DNA of 64,000 nt from an uncultured Desulfatitalea sp. (GTDB lineage: Bacteria > Desulfobacterota > Desulfobacteria > Desulfobacterales > Desulfosarcinaceae). The stretch's first letter is position 1; each line of letters begins with the position of its first letter. Below the pieces are notes generated by a model. That model was not told where the DNA came from. It saw only the letters and a program-made list of their open reading frames with translations, and searched no databases. Of this stretch, positions 1-9,918 are shown piece by piece. The stretch covers positions 1,600,001 to 1,664,000 of the forward strand of contig CAXXMB010000002.1 of assembly GCA_963668675.2 (NCBI GenBank), written 5' to 3'. The position numbers and the translations under genes are program-made.

Positions 1-2
1 CC

Positions 3-524
3 ATCGCCGTACTGGGGCTCGGCGTGATCGGCCTCTATGCCATACAGGTGCTGAAATCCATGGGCGTCTCCAAGATCGTGGCCAGCGGCCGCAGGGGTTC
101 CCGCTTGGAAGCGGCAAAGGTGTGTGGTGCCGATATCGTCATTGATGCCGCGGAAGAGGATGCCGTCGCAGCAGCCATGTCAATGACCGGCAAGATGGGC
201 GTCAATACGGTTATTGAATGCGCCGGGGTACAGGCAACATTCGACCAGTCTGTCGCCATGGCGCGCGGGGGAGGGAAAATCATGCTGGTGGGTATATATG
301 AGCAGCCCCTTACCTGGGATCCGCTGCAGGTGATCTCCAAAAATCTCTCGCTGGTCGGTTGCTTGGGGGGCAATTTCCCCGCTTCAATCAATCTTCTCAA
401 AGAGGGAAAAGTCAGCGCCAAACCCATGATCACGCATCGGTTTTCCCTTGATCAGGCAGCCGAGGCATTCCGGACGCAGCTCACGGATCCGGACGCCATC
501 AAAGTAATGTTCAAACTCGAATAG
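3..524 (+). CDS. Zinc-binding (MDR family) alcohol dehydrogenase, 5'-truncated by the window edge
   Basis: Frame is open from base 3 (IAVLGLGVIG, Rossmann GxGxxG); also VIECAG and a typical MDR C-terminus ITHRFSL...IKVMF. Confidence 0.85.
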   Translation: MAVLGLGVIGLYAIQVLKSMGVSKIVASGRRGSRLEAAKVCGADIVIDAAEEDAVAAAMSMTGKMGVNTVIECAGVQATFDQSVAMARGGGKIMLVGIYEQPLTWDPLQVISKNLSLVGCLGGNFPASINLLKEGKVSAKPMITHRFSLDQAAEAFRTQLTDPDAIKVMFKLE

Positions 525-624
525 GGATCATACGCGGCGGCAAGCCATTTCAACACGTTTTGGGGATGGCTTGCAGGAGGCGGCAGGTACATCCGTCAAT
601 GCGCGTACAGGGGCAGCGGGCTGG

Positions 625-1251
625 CTACACAGCTATGACAGCTTTCATGATATGCGCCTCGACCAAGTCGATCAGCTCTTCTTTACTATGGCGTCTCAAA
701 TTCCAGCTTCGCAGCGGATAAAGGGAGAGTTCGAAAATAATCATATTGGCCGTAAAAGAGGCGTCTTTAAATTCAAAGACCCTCTTTTCCAGGCCTGTCT
801 TTAGAATTTCTTCTATATGAGTGACAAAATGGCTCTCTTTGATCAGAATCTGCTTGCGCAACTTGTCCGGCAGCAGCTTCGATTCCCTATAGAGAAGTAA
901 AATCTCCTCCTTATGTTTATATGCAACGTTCAGTATCTCTCGAAGAACAAGCCTTAGTCGCTCGACGGGATCCTCGATACCGATGATCTCCTGCCTATGG
1001 AATATTTCGCTTTCCGGCCTGTGGATCATCTCGAAAACACGAAAGAGAATATCCTCTTTGCTCTCGATAAAGTAGTATAAATTACTGATATCGATCCCGG
1101 TTGCCCTGGATATCTGCCGCATGGACGTCTGCGCATACCCCTTTTTCATGAAGAGCTTTGCGGCTTTTTTAACGATCTGCAACTGTCTCTTTTGAAATAG
1201 GCTTTTTTTCCCGGCGGCTGAGGATCCGCTATCGGTTTGCTTTTTTCTCAT
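625..1251 (-). CDS. TetR/AcrR family transcriptional regulator
   Basis: N-terminal HTH AAKLFMKKGYAQTSMRQIS...LYYFIESKEDIL. Confidence 0.9.
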   Translation of the reverse strand: MRKKQTDSGSSAAGKKSLFQKRQLQIVKKAAKLFMKKGYAQTSMRQISRATGIDISNLYYFIESKEDILFRVFEMIHRPESEIFHRQEIIGIEDPVERLRLVLREILNVAYKHKEEILLLYRESKLLPDKLRKQILIKESHFVTHIEEILKTGLEKRVFEFKDASFTANMIIFELSLYPLRSWNLRRHSKEELIDLVEAHIMKAVIAV

Positions 1252-1357
1252 AACAACGCTGATCCTTTTTTGGAACTAGCTGACTTTTAAACTAAATTAG
1301 ACCGCACTGTCAATTGGATATATTGGAAATTTTGGAGAAATCTGAATTTGATATATA

Positions 1358-1371
1358 ACAACGTACGTTGT
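1358..1371. promoter_or_regulatory. Perfect 14-bp palindrome ACAACGTACGTTGT, candidate operator
   Basis: Lies in the AT-rich intergenic region upstream of the TetR gene; function inferred. Confidence 0.4.
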
Positions 1372-1462
1372 GAGAAGAGATGATATTATGGTTCAGCAAC
1401 TCAACATCCCGGTTTCGCAAAATCCACATATGAAAGAGGGGCCGGATTGCGTGTCGGCCGAC

Positions 1463-1951
1463 CTATAGAATCAACTGCCAATCACCGACATCGATCCATT
1501 GATTGAACTTGAAGCCCACCTCCTTGAAATGGGCGGCCTTTGTAAAGCCGAACTTTTCATGGAGAGCGATGCTTGCCTGGTTGGGCAACGCAATGACGCC
1601 GATGGCCACGTGGACCCCTCGATGGCGGAGGTCGTCAAGCAGCCGGCTGAAGAGCCCTGAACCAATGCCTTGTCCTTCGAGCCCCGGTTTAACGTAAACG
1701 GTGACCTCTACACAAAACCGATAGGCGGAACGCTCTTTCCATTTGCTGGCATAGGCATAGCCTATGATTTCACCGGATTGCTCTGCAACGAACCAAGGCA
1801 GCGCATCGGAGCGGACTTTCTCGATGCGGCGACGCATCTCGGAAGAAGAGACGCACTCCTCCTCGAACGTGATGATCGTCTCTGTGACAAAATAAGTGTA
1901 TATTCCCGCCATGGCTTCCGCATCGGATGCGGCAGCGTTTCGAATGGTCAT
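1463..1951 (-). CDS. GNAT N-acetyltransferase, phosphinothricin/arsinothricin acetyltransferase-like
   Basis: ITFEE, GYAYA, RSAY, GQGIG and NQASIALHEKFGF motifs. Confidence 0.85.
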   Translation of the reverse strand: MTIRNAAASDAEAMAGIYTYFVTETIITFEEECVSSSEMRRRIEKVRSDALPWFVAEQSGEIIGYAYASKWKERSAYRFCVEVTVYVKPGLEGQGIGSGLFSRLLDDLRHRGVHVAIGVIALPNQASIALHEKFGFTKAAHFKEVGFKFNQWIDVGDWQLIL

Positions 1952-2049
1952 CGTTTCTCTCCCAATACAATTTTTTCATTGAATGAGCGCTCGCCTGCGC
2001 ATGCTATCAAGGTCGTGATCCTCATACTGCTCCTTTTTAATCAGCACCT

Positions 2050-2790
2050 CTACAAAACATCCAGGTATTGCAAGACAAGTAAAACGGTGATCGCTGCCAG
2101 TACTCTTCTAAGCCATCTGCGATAGACCTCTGCTTTGATGCGATTCCGGTAGTGCATTCCAACCCCCAATGCAATCAACGCCATACCGATGATCGGAATG
2201 GCAACGAGCAGATGGGCGCCGGACAGATACCCATGGGACGCCAAAATTGCGCCCTGGCTGAGCTTGCCGAAGAAGAAGCAGAAGTTGAACAGCTGGACGG
2301 TGACCAGCGGCGTCAACTTCATCTCGAGCGCAAAGATAATCAGCGCCGGCAGCATGACATTGACGGTGCCGGCCAGCACGCCGCCGATAAGGCCGAACAG
2401 GGCACTGGCCAGAATCACGTGGCGCTGCACCCATTGCAGGCGCACACCGAATCGATGGACATTCAGATAGATCGCGATCATGGCCGCCATGAGCAGCTTA
2501 TAGGGCGCCGGGTCGGTAAACACCAACAGCTGGGTGCCCAACAGGCTGCCAAAAGCCCCGAACAGGGCCAACGGCCAGAATCGTCCGATGCTTTCGCGCC
2601 AATGCCCGCCGTGGACCACATTGACCACATTGATGGCCATGGTGGGCAGTACCAGCATGACAATGGCGGCCTTGACATCGCTGATCAAAGTCAGCAGCGG
2701 CGTCGCCAGCATTGGAAACCCCATCCCCAGGAGGCCATGCACCAGGGCGGAAAAGCTGATAATAGCGTAGGTTGCGATCTGGCTCAGCAC
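2050..2790 (-). CDS. TauE/SafE (TSUP) family membrane protein
   Basis: Multiple hydrophobic segments; GLLGMGFPMLATP N-terminal motif. Confidence 0.8.
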   Translation of the reverse strand: MLSQIATYAIISFSALVHGLLGMGFPMLATPLLTLISDVKAAIVMLVLPTMAINVVNVVHGGHWRESIGRFWPLALFGAFGSLLGTQLLVFTDPAPYKLLMAAMIAIYLNVHRFGVRLQWVQRHVILASALFGLIGGVLAGTVNVMLPALIIFALEMKLTPLVTVQLFNFCFFFGKLSQGAILASHGYLSGAHLLVAIPIIGMALIALGVGMHYRNRIKAEVYRRWLRRVLAAITVLLVLQYLDVL

Positions 2791-3003
2791 GTCGGCAGCA
2801 TCCTCTCCAAAGCGTCACATCGACTCTAACCTAAGCCTCCAAAACGAAAACACAATATATGCCGCCCAAGGGTAAATCAGCGCATTGACCGTCGCAGCGA
2901 CATTGCACTATTGGTTTGGCTTGATGAAAATCGAAATGTGCAATAGGCTTGATTCATGATTGTGCCGCAACTGACAACCCCATATGATTGAAAAGAGGCA
3001 GCC

Positions 3004-3669
3004 GTGGAAAATCTATCTCCCTATTTGACCCCCACCGAAGTGATTGACAGCGACCATCCGTCCGTCATCGAATATGCCCGCAGGTCATCCGGAAGCGGCA
3101 TAGATGACCTCTCTAAGGCCTGCTCGCTGTTCGCCGCCGTGCGCGATGAGGTAATCTACGATCCGGTGACCCATTTTTACCGCCAATCCCACTACCAGGC
3201 CAGCAACGTACTGGATCGCAAAAGCGGCTACTGCGTCTCCAAGGCGTGCCTCTTGTGCGCCCTGGGCAGGGCCATGGGCATCCCCACCCGCCTCGGCTTT
3301 GCGGATATTCGCAATCACGGTGCAAGCCGTCAGATCATCGATATGATGGGCACCAACGTCTTCACCTTTCATGGATTCGTCGAATTTTTCCTGAACGACC
3401 GCTGGGTCAAGGCCACACCGGCCTTTGATCGCAGCGTATATGAAAAGCATCACATTCCCCTGGTGACATTTAACGGCCGCGAGGATGCCGTCTTCCCCTC
3501 TCATGACCTGAATGGCAATTTATACGTGGAGTATATCGCCTACCATGGCGTATTTGCCGATCTGCCTCTGGCAGATTTAATGCTGGCGTTCAGGAAAACG
3601 TATGGAAATACGCGCGTCGATCAATGGATCGAGATGCTTGAATCCGATCTGCCTGTGGAAACCCAGTGA
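3004..3669 (+). CDS. Transglutaminase-like domain protein
   Basis: GYCVSKA (Cys), FHG (His), WVKATPAFD. Confidence 0.85.
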   Translation: MENLSPYLTPTEVIDSDHPSVIEYARRSSGSGIDDLSKACSLFAAVRDEVIYDPVTHFYRQSHYQASNVLDRKSGYCVSKACLLCALGRAMGIPTRLGFADIRNHGASRQIIDMMGTNVFTFHGFVEFFLNDRWVKATPAFDRSVYEKHHIPLVTFNGREDAVFPSHDLNGNLYVEYIAYHGVFADLPLADLMLAFRKTYGNTRVDQWIEMLESDLPVETQ

Positions 3670-3670
3670 T

Positions 3671-3784
3671 ATGAATACACCACACCTCAAGGTCATTTTG
3701 ATCATCCTCTTCTTCTTAACCGTTATCGCTATCCCCTTTGTGTGGTTTGGAGCGATAGAATCGTCGGCGAGAAAAGCAAACTAG
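3671..3784 (+). CDS. Possible 37-aa single-pass membrane peptide
   Basis: ATG 1 nt after the upstream stop; hydrophobic stretch VILIILFFLTVIAIPFVWF. Confidence 0.3.
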   Translation: MNTPHLKVILIILFFLTVIAIPFVWFGAIESSARKAN

Positions 3785-3897
3785 GTTAAGACCCTATGGC
3801 CAACGGAATAATCGTGCTTATAGATTGTATCGTCCGTACGAAGCTATAAAACCATAAAAACGGCCAACGACTATCCTTAAAACATAAGGGGGGGGAA

Positions 3898-4365
3898 ATG
3901 AAAAAATCAGCCAGTCTTATCAGTTTGATCACAGCGGTTTATCTTCTGTTGGGATTCGGATCTCCGGTGTTCGCGGCCGGCACCGGGCTCGTCGACCTTC
4001 TGGTCAACAGCCTTAGCGTTACCTCTCAGCAGGCAGAAGGCGGCGCAGGAGCCATCTTCAACACTGCGAAGGGAAATATGTCCGCTGAAGACTTTTCAAC
4101 GGTCACCACCAAAATGCCGGAGGTCGAATCGCTTATAGCCAAAGCACCTGAAACGGGAAAAAGCTCAGGTCTGTTGGGGAGCGCCTCGTCCATGCTGGGT
4201 GAAAAAGGTGGCTCACTCGGAAAAATGACCGGTTTGTACGACTCCTTTTCCAAACTCGGATTGAGCAAAGAGATGATCGGCCAATTTATGCCGATTATTT
4301 ATAACTATGCCGAATCCAAGGGAGGACCCGCTATCTCCAACCTGCTTAAAGCAGCCCTACAGTAA
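3898..4365 (+). CDS. DUF2780-like secreted protein
   Basis: Signal peptide; QAEGGAGAIF and FSKLGL motifs. Confidence 0.75.
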   Translation: MKKSASLISLITAVYLLLGFGSPVFAAGTGLVDLLVNSLSVTSQQAEGGAGAIFNTAKGNMSAEDFSTVTTKMPEVESLIAKAPETGKSSGLLGSASSMLGEKGGSLGKMTGLYDSFSKLGLSKEMIGQFMPIIYNYAESKGGPAISNLLKAALQ

Positions 4366-4370
4366 ATCGA

Positions 4371-4405
4371 TGAGCCAGGGCTGGCGGTAAGCCATTCCTG
4401 GCTCA
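4371..4405 (+). terminator. Stem-loop directly after the DUF2780 stop
   Basis: TGAGCCAGG...CCTGGCTCA inverted repeat; no clear U-tract. Confidence 0.35.
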
Positions 4406-4549
4406 ATCCTCCAACCTTACCGCTGGCCTCAATATTTCCCATCGTCATAGCCAAAAGCGCCGGAAACCTCTGATTGCCCCAACAGGACAATAACCGTTGT
4501 GTCTGTTTTATAAGCTTAACCTTCGGATTTCGTTAAACCTGCACAGGGA

Positions 4550-4729
4550 GGCGAGACCAGTGGGTGGTCTGCACCTAATCAGCATTGCGTGTTAGTGCCG
4601 GTTAGGTGCAGTGGAGAATCAACGGCCCGGACTGTTTGAGCGCAAGCGAGTTTCCGGGCCACCCGGAACTGCACCTTAACGGCACTTACATGCGTTTGCG
4701 TCAGGTGCAGACCACCCACTGGTCTCGCC
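4550..4729. repeat. 180-bp fold-back element (MITE/REPIN-like or structured RNA)
   Basis: Perfect 27-bp terminal inverted repeat (4550-4576 / 4703-4729), imperfect pairing further in, inner GGCCCGGA/TCCGGGCC stem. Confidence 0.8.
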
Positions 4730-4787
4730 GTATCCTTGCCGCCAAAAATTGATGAAAATCAATAACTTACTCCTCGGCAATAAGAGG

Positions 4788-4820
4788 TTGACAATTTTCT
4801 TGTAAGTAAGTATTACTCAC
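4788..4820 (+). promoter_or_regulatory. Sigma70-type promoter with overlapping candidate TetR operator
   Basis: TTGACA(4788)-17 bp-TATTAC(4811); near-palindrome GTAAGTAA-gta-TTACTCAC at 4802-4820. Confidence 0.6.
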
Positions 4821-4855
4821 CAATACCTTAAATTAAGGAAGCACCGAGCTCCTGT

Positions 4856-5449
4856 ATGAAACACAAAGGCAAAACCAACCCTCCGGGACGCAAAAAAATC
4901 ATCGAAGCCCTGACCCGGCTCATGTGGACCAACGATTTCCAATCGGTCACCACGGCCGAAATTGCCGAGTCGGCAGGTGTCACCGAAGGGCTCATCTATA
5001 AATATTTCAATAGCAAAAAAGACCTGCTCTACCAGGTCCTCAACGACCTTTTCGCCCAATTCAACGAAACGATTCTCCAGCGCATCGCCGGCAAGTCCTC
5101 CGCCATCGAAAAACTGGAGGTCATTATCTGCTCGAGCATCGAGTACTATACCGCCAATCGTGTGTTCGCCCGGATCCTGCTGCTCGAGGTGAGAAACTCC
5201 CAAGAGTATTTCAATTCCGAAGCTTACAAAAGGGTCAGGGCATACGCCCACAACATTCTGGAAATTATCAGCGAAGGCATTGGCAGCGGCGAAATCAAAC
5301 CCGACGCCGATCCGCAAATCCTCAGAAAAATCATCTTGGGTGCCATCGAACACGCCTGTGTCGGGGAGATCATCTTCTCAAGGGACCTCGATGCGCCATC
5401 GGTCACCCAAAGCATATCAACCATCATATTCAATGGTGCCAAAGCATGA
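4856..5449 (+). CDS. TetR/AcrR family transcriptional regulator
   Basis: HTH VTTAEIAESAGVTEGLIYKYFNSKKDL. Confidence 0.9.
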   Translation: MKHKGKTNPPGRKKIIEALTRLMWTNDFQSVTTAEIAESAGVTEGLIYKYFNSKKDLLYQVLNDLFAQFNETILQRIAGKSSAIEKLEVIICSSIEYYTANRVFARILLLEVRNSQEYFNSEAYKRVRAYAHNILEIISEGIGSGEIKPDADPQILRKIILGAIEHACVGEIIFSRDLDAPSVTQSISTIIFNGAKA

Positions 5450-7641
5450 AAAACAGAAGCGACATCCAGACAATGATCAATGCCAGTCTAACCGACGGGG
5501 CCAACGTCATCTGTGAAGATGAGGCCAAAACCATCCTCGCGCAATTTGGCGTCCCGGTGGTGTCCGAAACCCGCGCTGCAACGCCTGAAGCCGCCGGCGC
5601 GGCGGCCGCCAAAATTGGATTCCCGGTCGTGCTCAAAGCGGTCGGCCAACAGATCCTTCACAAAACCGAATCCGGCCTGGTAAAGATCGGGCTGCAGAGC
5701 GAAGCAGAGGTTGCCGCTGCGGCGAAAGAGATGGCGGCCCGATGCCCGCACCCGATCGAGGCCTTCCTGGTGCAACCGCAAATTCAGGGGCAGCGTGAGT
5801 TTGTGGCCGGCGTATTCAACGACCCCCTCTTCGGGCCGGTGGTGATGTTCGGCCTCGGCGGCATTTTCACCGAGGCGCTGAACGATGCGATATTCAAAGT
5901 GGCCCCCCTCGAACCGGCCGACATCGAGGCGATGTTGACCGAGCTGCGCTCGAAGAAACTACTGGGGGCCTTCCGGGGCGAAGCGGCGGCCGACAAGGTT
6001 GTGCTGCGACGGACGCTCAAGGGACTTTCGGATCTGGCCGTGCAGTTTCCGCAGATCAAAGAGATCGATATCAATCCCCTGATCATAGCGCCCAACGGCA
6101 GCCCGGTGGCAGTGGATGCCCTGATCGTCACCGGCGAACACCACTCGGCGGCGCCCAGGCGAACGGAGGTCAACCGCAAGACACTCAGCTCCTGTTACTA
6201 CCCCGAGTCGGTGGTCTTCATCGGCGCCTCGGGCTCCATTTCCAAATGGGGCCATATGATCCCCACCAACATCATCAACGGCAAATTCAAGGGCAGGGTT
6301 TATCTGGTCAATCCCAAAGGCGGGCAGATCGTCGGGCGGACCGCTTACCGCTCGGTCAGCGAGATCGACGATAAAATCGATCTGGCCGTGATCACCATTC
6401 CGGCCGCCAAGGTGCTGGCGCAGATCCCCCTCCTGCAGAAGAAAAAGGTCAAAGCCATGCTGCTGATCTCGTCCGGGTTCCGAGAAACCGGAGAGGAGGG
6501 GCGCCGGCTCGAAGACGAAGTGGTGGCAGCGGCAAGGGAGGCGGGCATCCTCATCTTCGGACCCAACACCATGGGCATCTGCAATCCGCACATCGATCTC
6601 TTCTGCTGCGGCGTGCACGTCTACCCGATGCCGGGATCGACCTCCCTGGTATGTCAGTCAGGCAACATGGGCACCCAGCTGCTCGCCTTTGCCGAACAAC
6701 AGGACATTGGCATCCGTGCCTTTTCCGGCTCGGGCAACGAAGCGATGGTCACCCTGGAAGATTACATGGAGGCTTTCGAAGACGACGACCTGACCCGAAC
6801 CGTGGTGCTCTACATCGAAAGCGTCAAAGATGGCGCCCGCTTCTTCCAGAGCGCCCGCCGGGTCTCGAAAAAAAAACCCGTCGTCGTGCTCAAGGGCGGC
6901 CGAACGTCCGAGGGCGGCCAGGCGGCATCGAGCCACACCGGCGCCCTGGCGTCCGATTTTCGCATTTTTGAAGCCGCCTGCCGCCAAGCCGGCATCATTC
7001 AGGTCAAACAGCCGATCGATCTTCTCGATCTATCAGCCGTCTTCTCGTCCCTCCCGCTGCCCAAAGGCAACCGGGTGGCCATCATGACCCTGGGCGGCGG
7101 ATGGGGCGTTGTCACCACCGACCTTTGCGTCGAGCACGGCCTGACATTACCGCCGCTCTCCGAGGAGATCATCACCCGGCTCGATCAGATTCTGCCCGAC
7201 TATTGGAGCCGAAGCAACCCGGCCGACATTGTGGGCGAACACGACCCGAATATCCCCATGACGGCTATGGAAGCGCTGATGAAGTGGGATGGGTGCGACG
7301 CGGTCATCCACCTGGGCATCAATGGCAGGCGGATTTTGGCACGCAAGATGCTTGACTCCATCGCCAACACCGATCCGGCCTATTCAGCAAAAGAGTTAGA
7401 AGATATTGGGGCCATGGCCGTCGAATTCGAAAATCTGTACATACGACATGTCGTCAAGCTGATCGAGCAGTACCAGAAACCGGTCCTGGGTGTCAGCCTC
7501 CTGACCGACGCGGATTCCAAGACCCTCTACCGGGTTGCGGGCGCGCAATACAAGGGCGTCTTCTTCCCCTCCCCCGAGAGGGCGGTCAAGGCATTATCGG
7601 GCATGTGTCGCTATCAGCAATGGCTTGAGGACAACAGATAA
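5446..7641 (+). CDS. Acetate/acyl-CoA ligase (ADP-forming), ATP-grasp domain N-terminal to the CoA-binding and ligase domains
   Basis: GFPVVLK, HKTESG, FGLGGIF, DINPL; then GPNTMG, QSG and phospho-His motif SHTGALA; ATGA overlap with the TetR gene. Confidence 0.9.
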   Translation: MKNRSDIQTMINASLTDGANVICEDEAKTILAQFGVPVVSETRAATPEAAGAAAAKIGFPVVLKAVGQQILHKTESGLVKIGLQSEAEVAAAAKEMAARCPHPIEAFLVQPQIQGQREFVAGVFNDPLFGPVVMFGLGGIFTEALNDAIFKVAPLEPADIEAMLTELRSKKLLGAFRGEAAADKVVLRRTLKGLSDLAVQFPQIKEIDINPLIIAPNGSPVAVDALIVTGEHHSAAPRRTEVNRKTLSSCYYPESVVFIGASGSISKWGHMIPTNIINGKFKGRVYLVNPKGGQIVGRTAYRSVSEIDDKIDLAVITIPAAKVLAQIPLLQKKKVKAMLLISSGFRETGEEGRRLEDEVVAAAREAGILIFGPNTMGICNPHIDLFCCGVHVYPMPGSTSLVCQSGNMGTQLLAFAEQQDIGIRAFSGSGNEAMVTLEDYMEAFEDDDLTRTVVLYIESVKDGARFFQSARRVSKKKPVVVLKGGRTSEGGQAASSHTGALASDFRIFEAACRQAGIIQVKQPIDLLDLSAVFSSLPLPKGNRVAIMTLGGGWGVVTTDLCVEHGLTLPPLSEEIITRLDQILPDYWSRSNPADIVGEHDPNIPMTAMEALMKWDGCDAVIHLGINGRRILARKMLDSIANTDPAYSAKELEDIGAMAVEFENLYIRHVVKLIEQYQKPVLGVSLLTDADSKTLYRVAGAQYKGVFFPSPERAVKALSGMCRYQQWLEDNR

Positions 7642-7841
7642 GAGATAAAACGCAGTAAAATCTTCTATCTTCGATGTGAATGGCTGGCCAAACGGTTAAG
7701 AAACGATCTGTTCGCAGCACCTTCCTGATGCCGTCTCTCCATGCCGAGGGCACACCGGCACCATCTGCATAGTGCGGCCAATGGGGTGCAGCTTCGCGCA
7801 CCTCCGCTACAATTGTCTCCGCACGTCCCCGTTTCAGTGAA

Positions 7842-8087
7842 TTACAAGGAGTCGTTGTGACATTTCAAACAGCCGGTGAAATCGGGATGGGTGGTCGGCG
7901 GCCCTGACGGGTCTCGCTCCGGATGGTGGCATTCAAGGCACTCTTGATCCGTCTTTGCATCCGCATGGATCTGCGGATATTGTTGGATGGAGGGGCCGTG
8001 CATGCCGAGGTAATAACGATAGGCACAACCTGAGGCAAATAACATCAGGGAAAGTCCGACGAGGGTAATCAAGGATGTAAGCTTCAC
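7842..8087 (-). CDS. Small di-heme c-type cytochrome lipoprotein (81 aa)
   Basis: GTG start overlapping the upstream stop; lipobox FASGC; two CxxCH motifs (CLECH, CLKCH). Confidence 0.75.
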   Translation of the reverse strand: MKLTSLITLVGLSLMLFASGCAYRYYLGMHGPSIQQYPQIHADAKTDQECLECHHPERDPSGPPTTHPDFTGCLKCHNDSL

Positions 8088-8755
8088 GGGTGATTCTCCT
8101 TTCGTCCGTCTTTTAACGCCAGTCGATGGTCGGCTGCACGGATCACCTCCGGGTCGTGACTGGCAATCAACAGGGTACATTGCTGATGTCTGCCGAGCGA
8201 CACCATCAACTGAATCAAATGTCGGCCGGTGGCCGAATCGAGACTGGCCGTGGGTTCGTCGGCCAGCAGAATTCTTGGTGCATGCGCGATGGCACGGGCA
8301 AATGCCACCCGCTGGGTTTCACCGCCAGACAGTTCGCGGGGCAGTGCCGAGCCCAGATCCGGCAATTCAATGGCGTTGAGCAGTTCGTTGATCCGATCTC
8401 TTCTTCGACTACCGTCAATACCGTTTAGTGCCAGAGGCAGGGCCAGGTTTTCGCTTACGGTGAGATAGGAGAGCAGGTTGCCCTGCTGAAAGAGAAAGCC
8501 GACCTGCTTCCTTTGAAAATGCGCCAGGTCGCTGCGGGGCAACCCATTGATGTCGACGCCGTCGGATAAAACCGACCCCCGGTCCGGCCTTTCCAGCCCG
8601 CCGATACAGTTCAGCAGCGTGGTTTTTCCAGATCCGGATTTGCCGGAAATAACAAAGTTCTCCCCTGCCTTAACTTCGAATGAGATATTCTCCAGGGCGG
8701 TCACTTTTCCCCGACCGGAAGTAAATGTTTTGCAAAGCGCTTTGACTTCAATCAC
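8084..8755 (-). CDS. ABC transporter ATP-binding protein (LolD/MacB-like)
   Basis: Walker A GKSGSGKT, LSGGE, ILLADEPT, SHD; start placed at GTG 8755. Confidence 0.9.
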   Translation of the reverse strand: MIEVKALCKTFTSGRGKVTALENISFEVKAGENFVISGKSGSGKTTLLNCIGGLERPDRGSVLSDGVDINGLPRSDLAHFQRKQVGFLFQQGNLLSYLTVSENLALPLALNGIDGSRRRDRINELLNAIELPDLGSALPRELSGGETQRVAFARAIAHAPRILLADEPTASLDSATGRHLIQLMVSLGRHQQCTLLIASHDPEVIRAADHRLALKDGRKENHP

Positions 8756-8757
8756 GG

Positions 8758-9918
8758 CTATATGCTCCGTAAAATATCGGCCGCTTTTTCCCGGACCACT
8801 AAAACGGACGGCCAAACTGCTGCCAAAAAGCCGAACACAATGGAGAGCAGCAGGGGCAGCCACAGGGAAAAGGACGTCAGACGCGGGTAGATGATGCCCG
8901 ATATGGCAAAGTACTGGTTATGAGAGGTGAACGCGGTCAGATCGATGCCGGTCTGCGCCACTGCCGCTACGGCCAGCGCACCAGCCAAGGTGCCGGCTGC
9001 CGAAGCGACCACCGTCACCAGGGTCACCTCGGTGAAGATGAGCAGCACCGATTCGGACGGCAACACCCCCATGGCCTTCATGATCCCATGCTCCCTGATA
9101 TTCTTCAGGATAAAGACGATCAGCGCGCACGATATTCCCATGGTGACAACCCCGAAGACCAGCACCATCACAATGGTCATCGAGACAAAATTCAATTCCA
9201 CCAATTGCTCCAGGTCGGGCATGAACGCCATCCAGGGCGTCAAGCGGGAAGCATACGGCAGGTGGTCGTATGAGGCCAGCACGCTCTTTAGGTCGGCGCC
9301 GTCTTCAATGAAGATGGCAGCTGAAGTGTCGGCTTCGGAGGCCGGCAGAATATGATACGGAACGAAACCGACACCGAAGTCGAGGATAGAGATCCCTGTG
9401 CGATATATACCGCAGACACTCAGCACTGAGGCGTTATGGCCGCGCAGAAACTCGGCACTCACCTTCATGCCTACAGCGAGGCCTAATAGCCTTGCCGCCG
9501 GTTCACTCAAATAGATTTCAGCCCTGCCTTCTTCGATATAGCGGCCGCTCACGCTCTTTTTCCACAGCGCCGTGGTTTCCTTCTCTCGGGCGGGGTGAAC
9601 GCCGTAAAGCACTACCGTTTCTGAACGCTCCGCGTTCGTCAGCCGAACCGACAGCTTCTTACGAATCAACACCTGCCTGACACCGCTGGTTTGAAGACCG
9701 CCCGTTTCAACCTCTTGTGGAAGATCTTCCCCAGAGATGTGACCTGCGAACAAGCCGACTGAGTTGCGGATCATGGCGTCATTGGTGCCGACGGCCAGTG
9801 AGGAGAGAAACACCAGCGCCGCCACGGCGGTGAAGACCATCACCCCCAAAACGATGGTCGAGCGCCAGGAGCGCCACACATAGAGCAGGGCCATTTGAAT
9901 AATAATGCCGAACTTCAA
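8758..9918 (-). CDS. ABC transporter permease (FtsX/LolE-like)
   Basis: N-terminal TM, periplasmic domain, three C-terminal TMs; REHGIMKAMG motif. Confidence 0.85.
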   Translation of the reverse strand: MKFGIIIQMALLYVWRSWRSTIVLGVMVFTAVAALVFLSSLAVGTNDAMIRNSVGLFAGHISGEDLPQEVETGGLQTSGVRQVLIRKKLSVRLTNAERSETVVLYGVHPAREKETTALWKKSVSGRYIEEGRAEIYLSEPAARLLGLAVGMKVSAEFLRGHNASVLSVCGIYRTGISILDFGVGFVPYHILPASEADTSAAIFIEDGADLKSVLASYDHLPYASRLTPWMAFMPDLEQLVELNFVSMTIVMVLVFGVVTMGISCALIVFILKNIREHGIMKAMGVLPSESVLLIFTEVTLVTVVASAAGTLAGALAVAAVAQTGIDLTAFTSHNQYFAISGIIYPRLTSFSLWLPLLLSIVFGFLAAVWPSVLVVREKAADILRSI

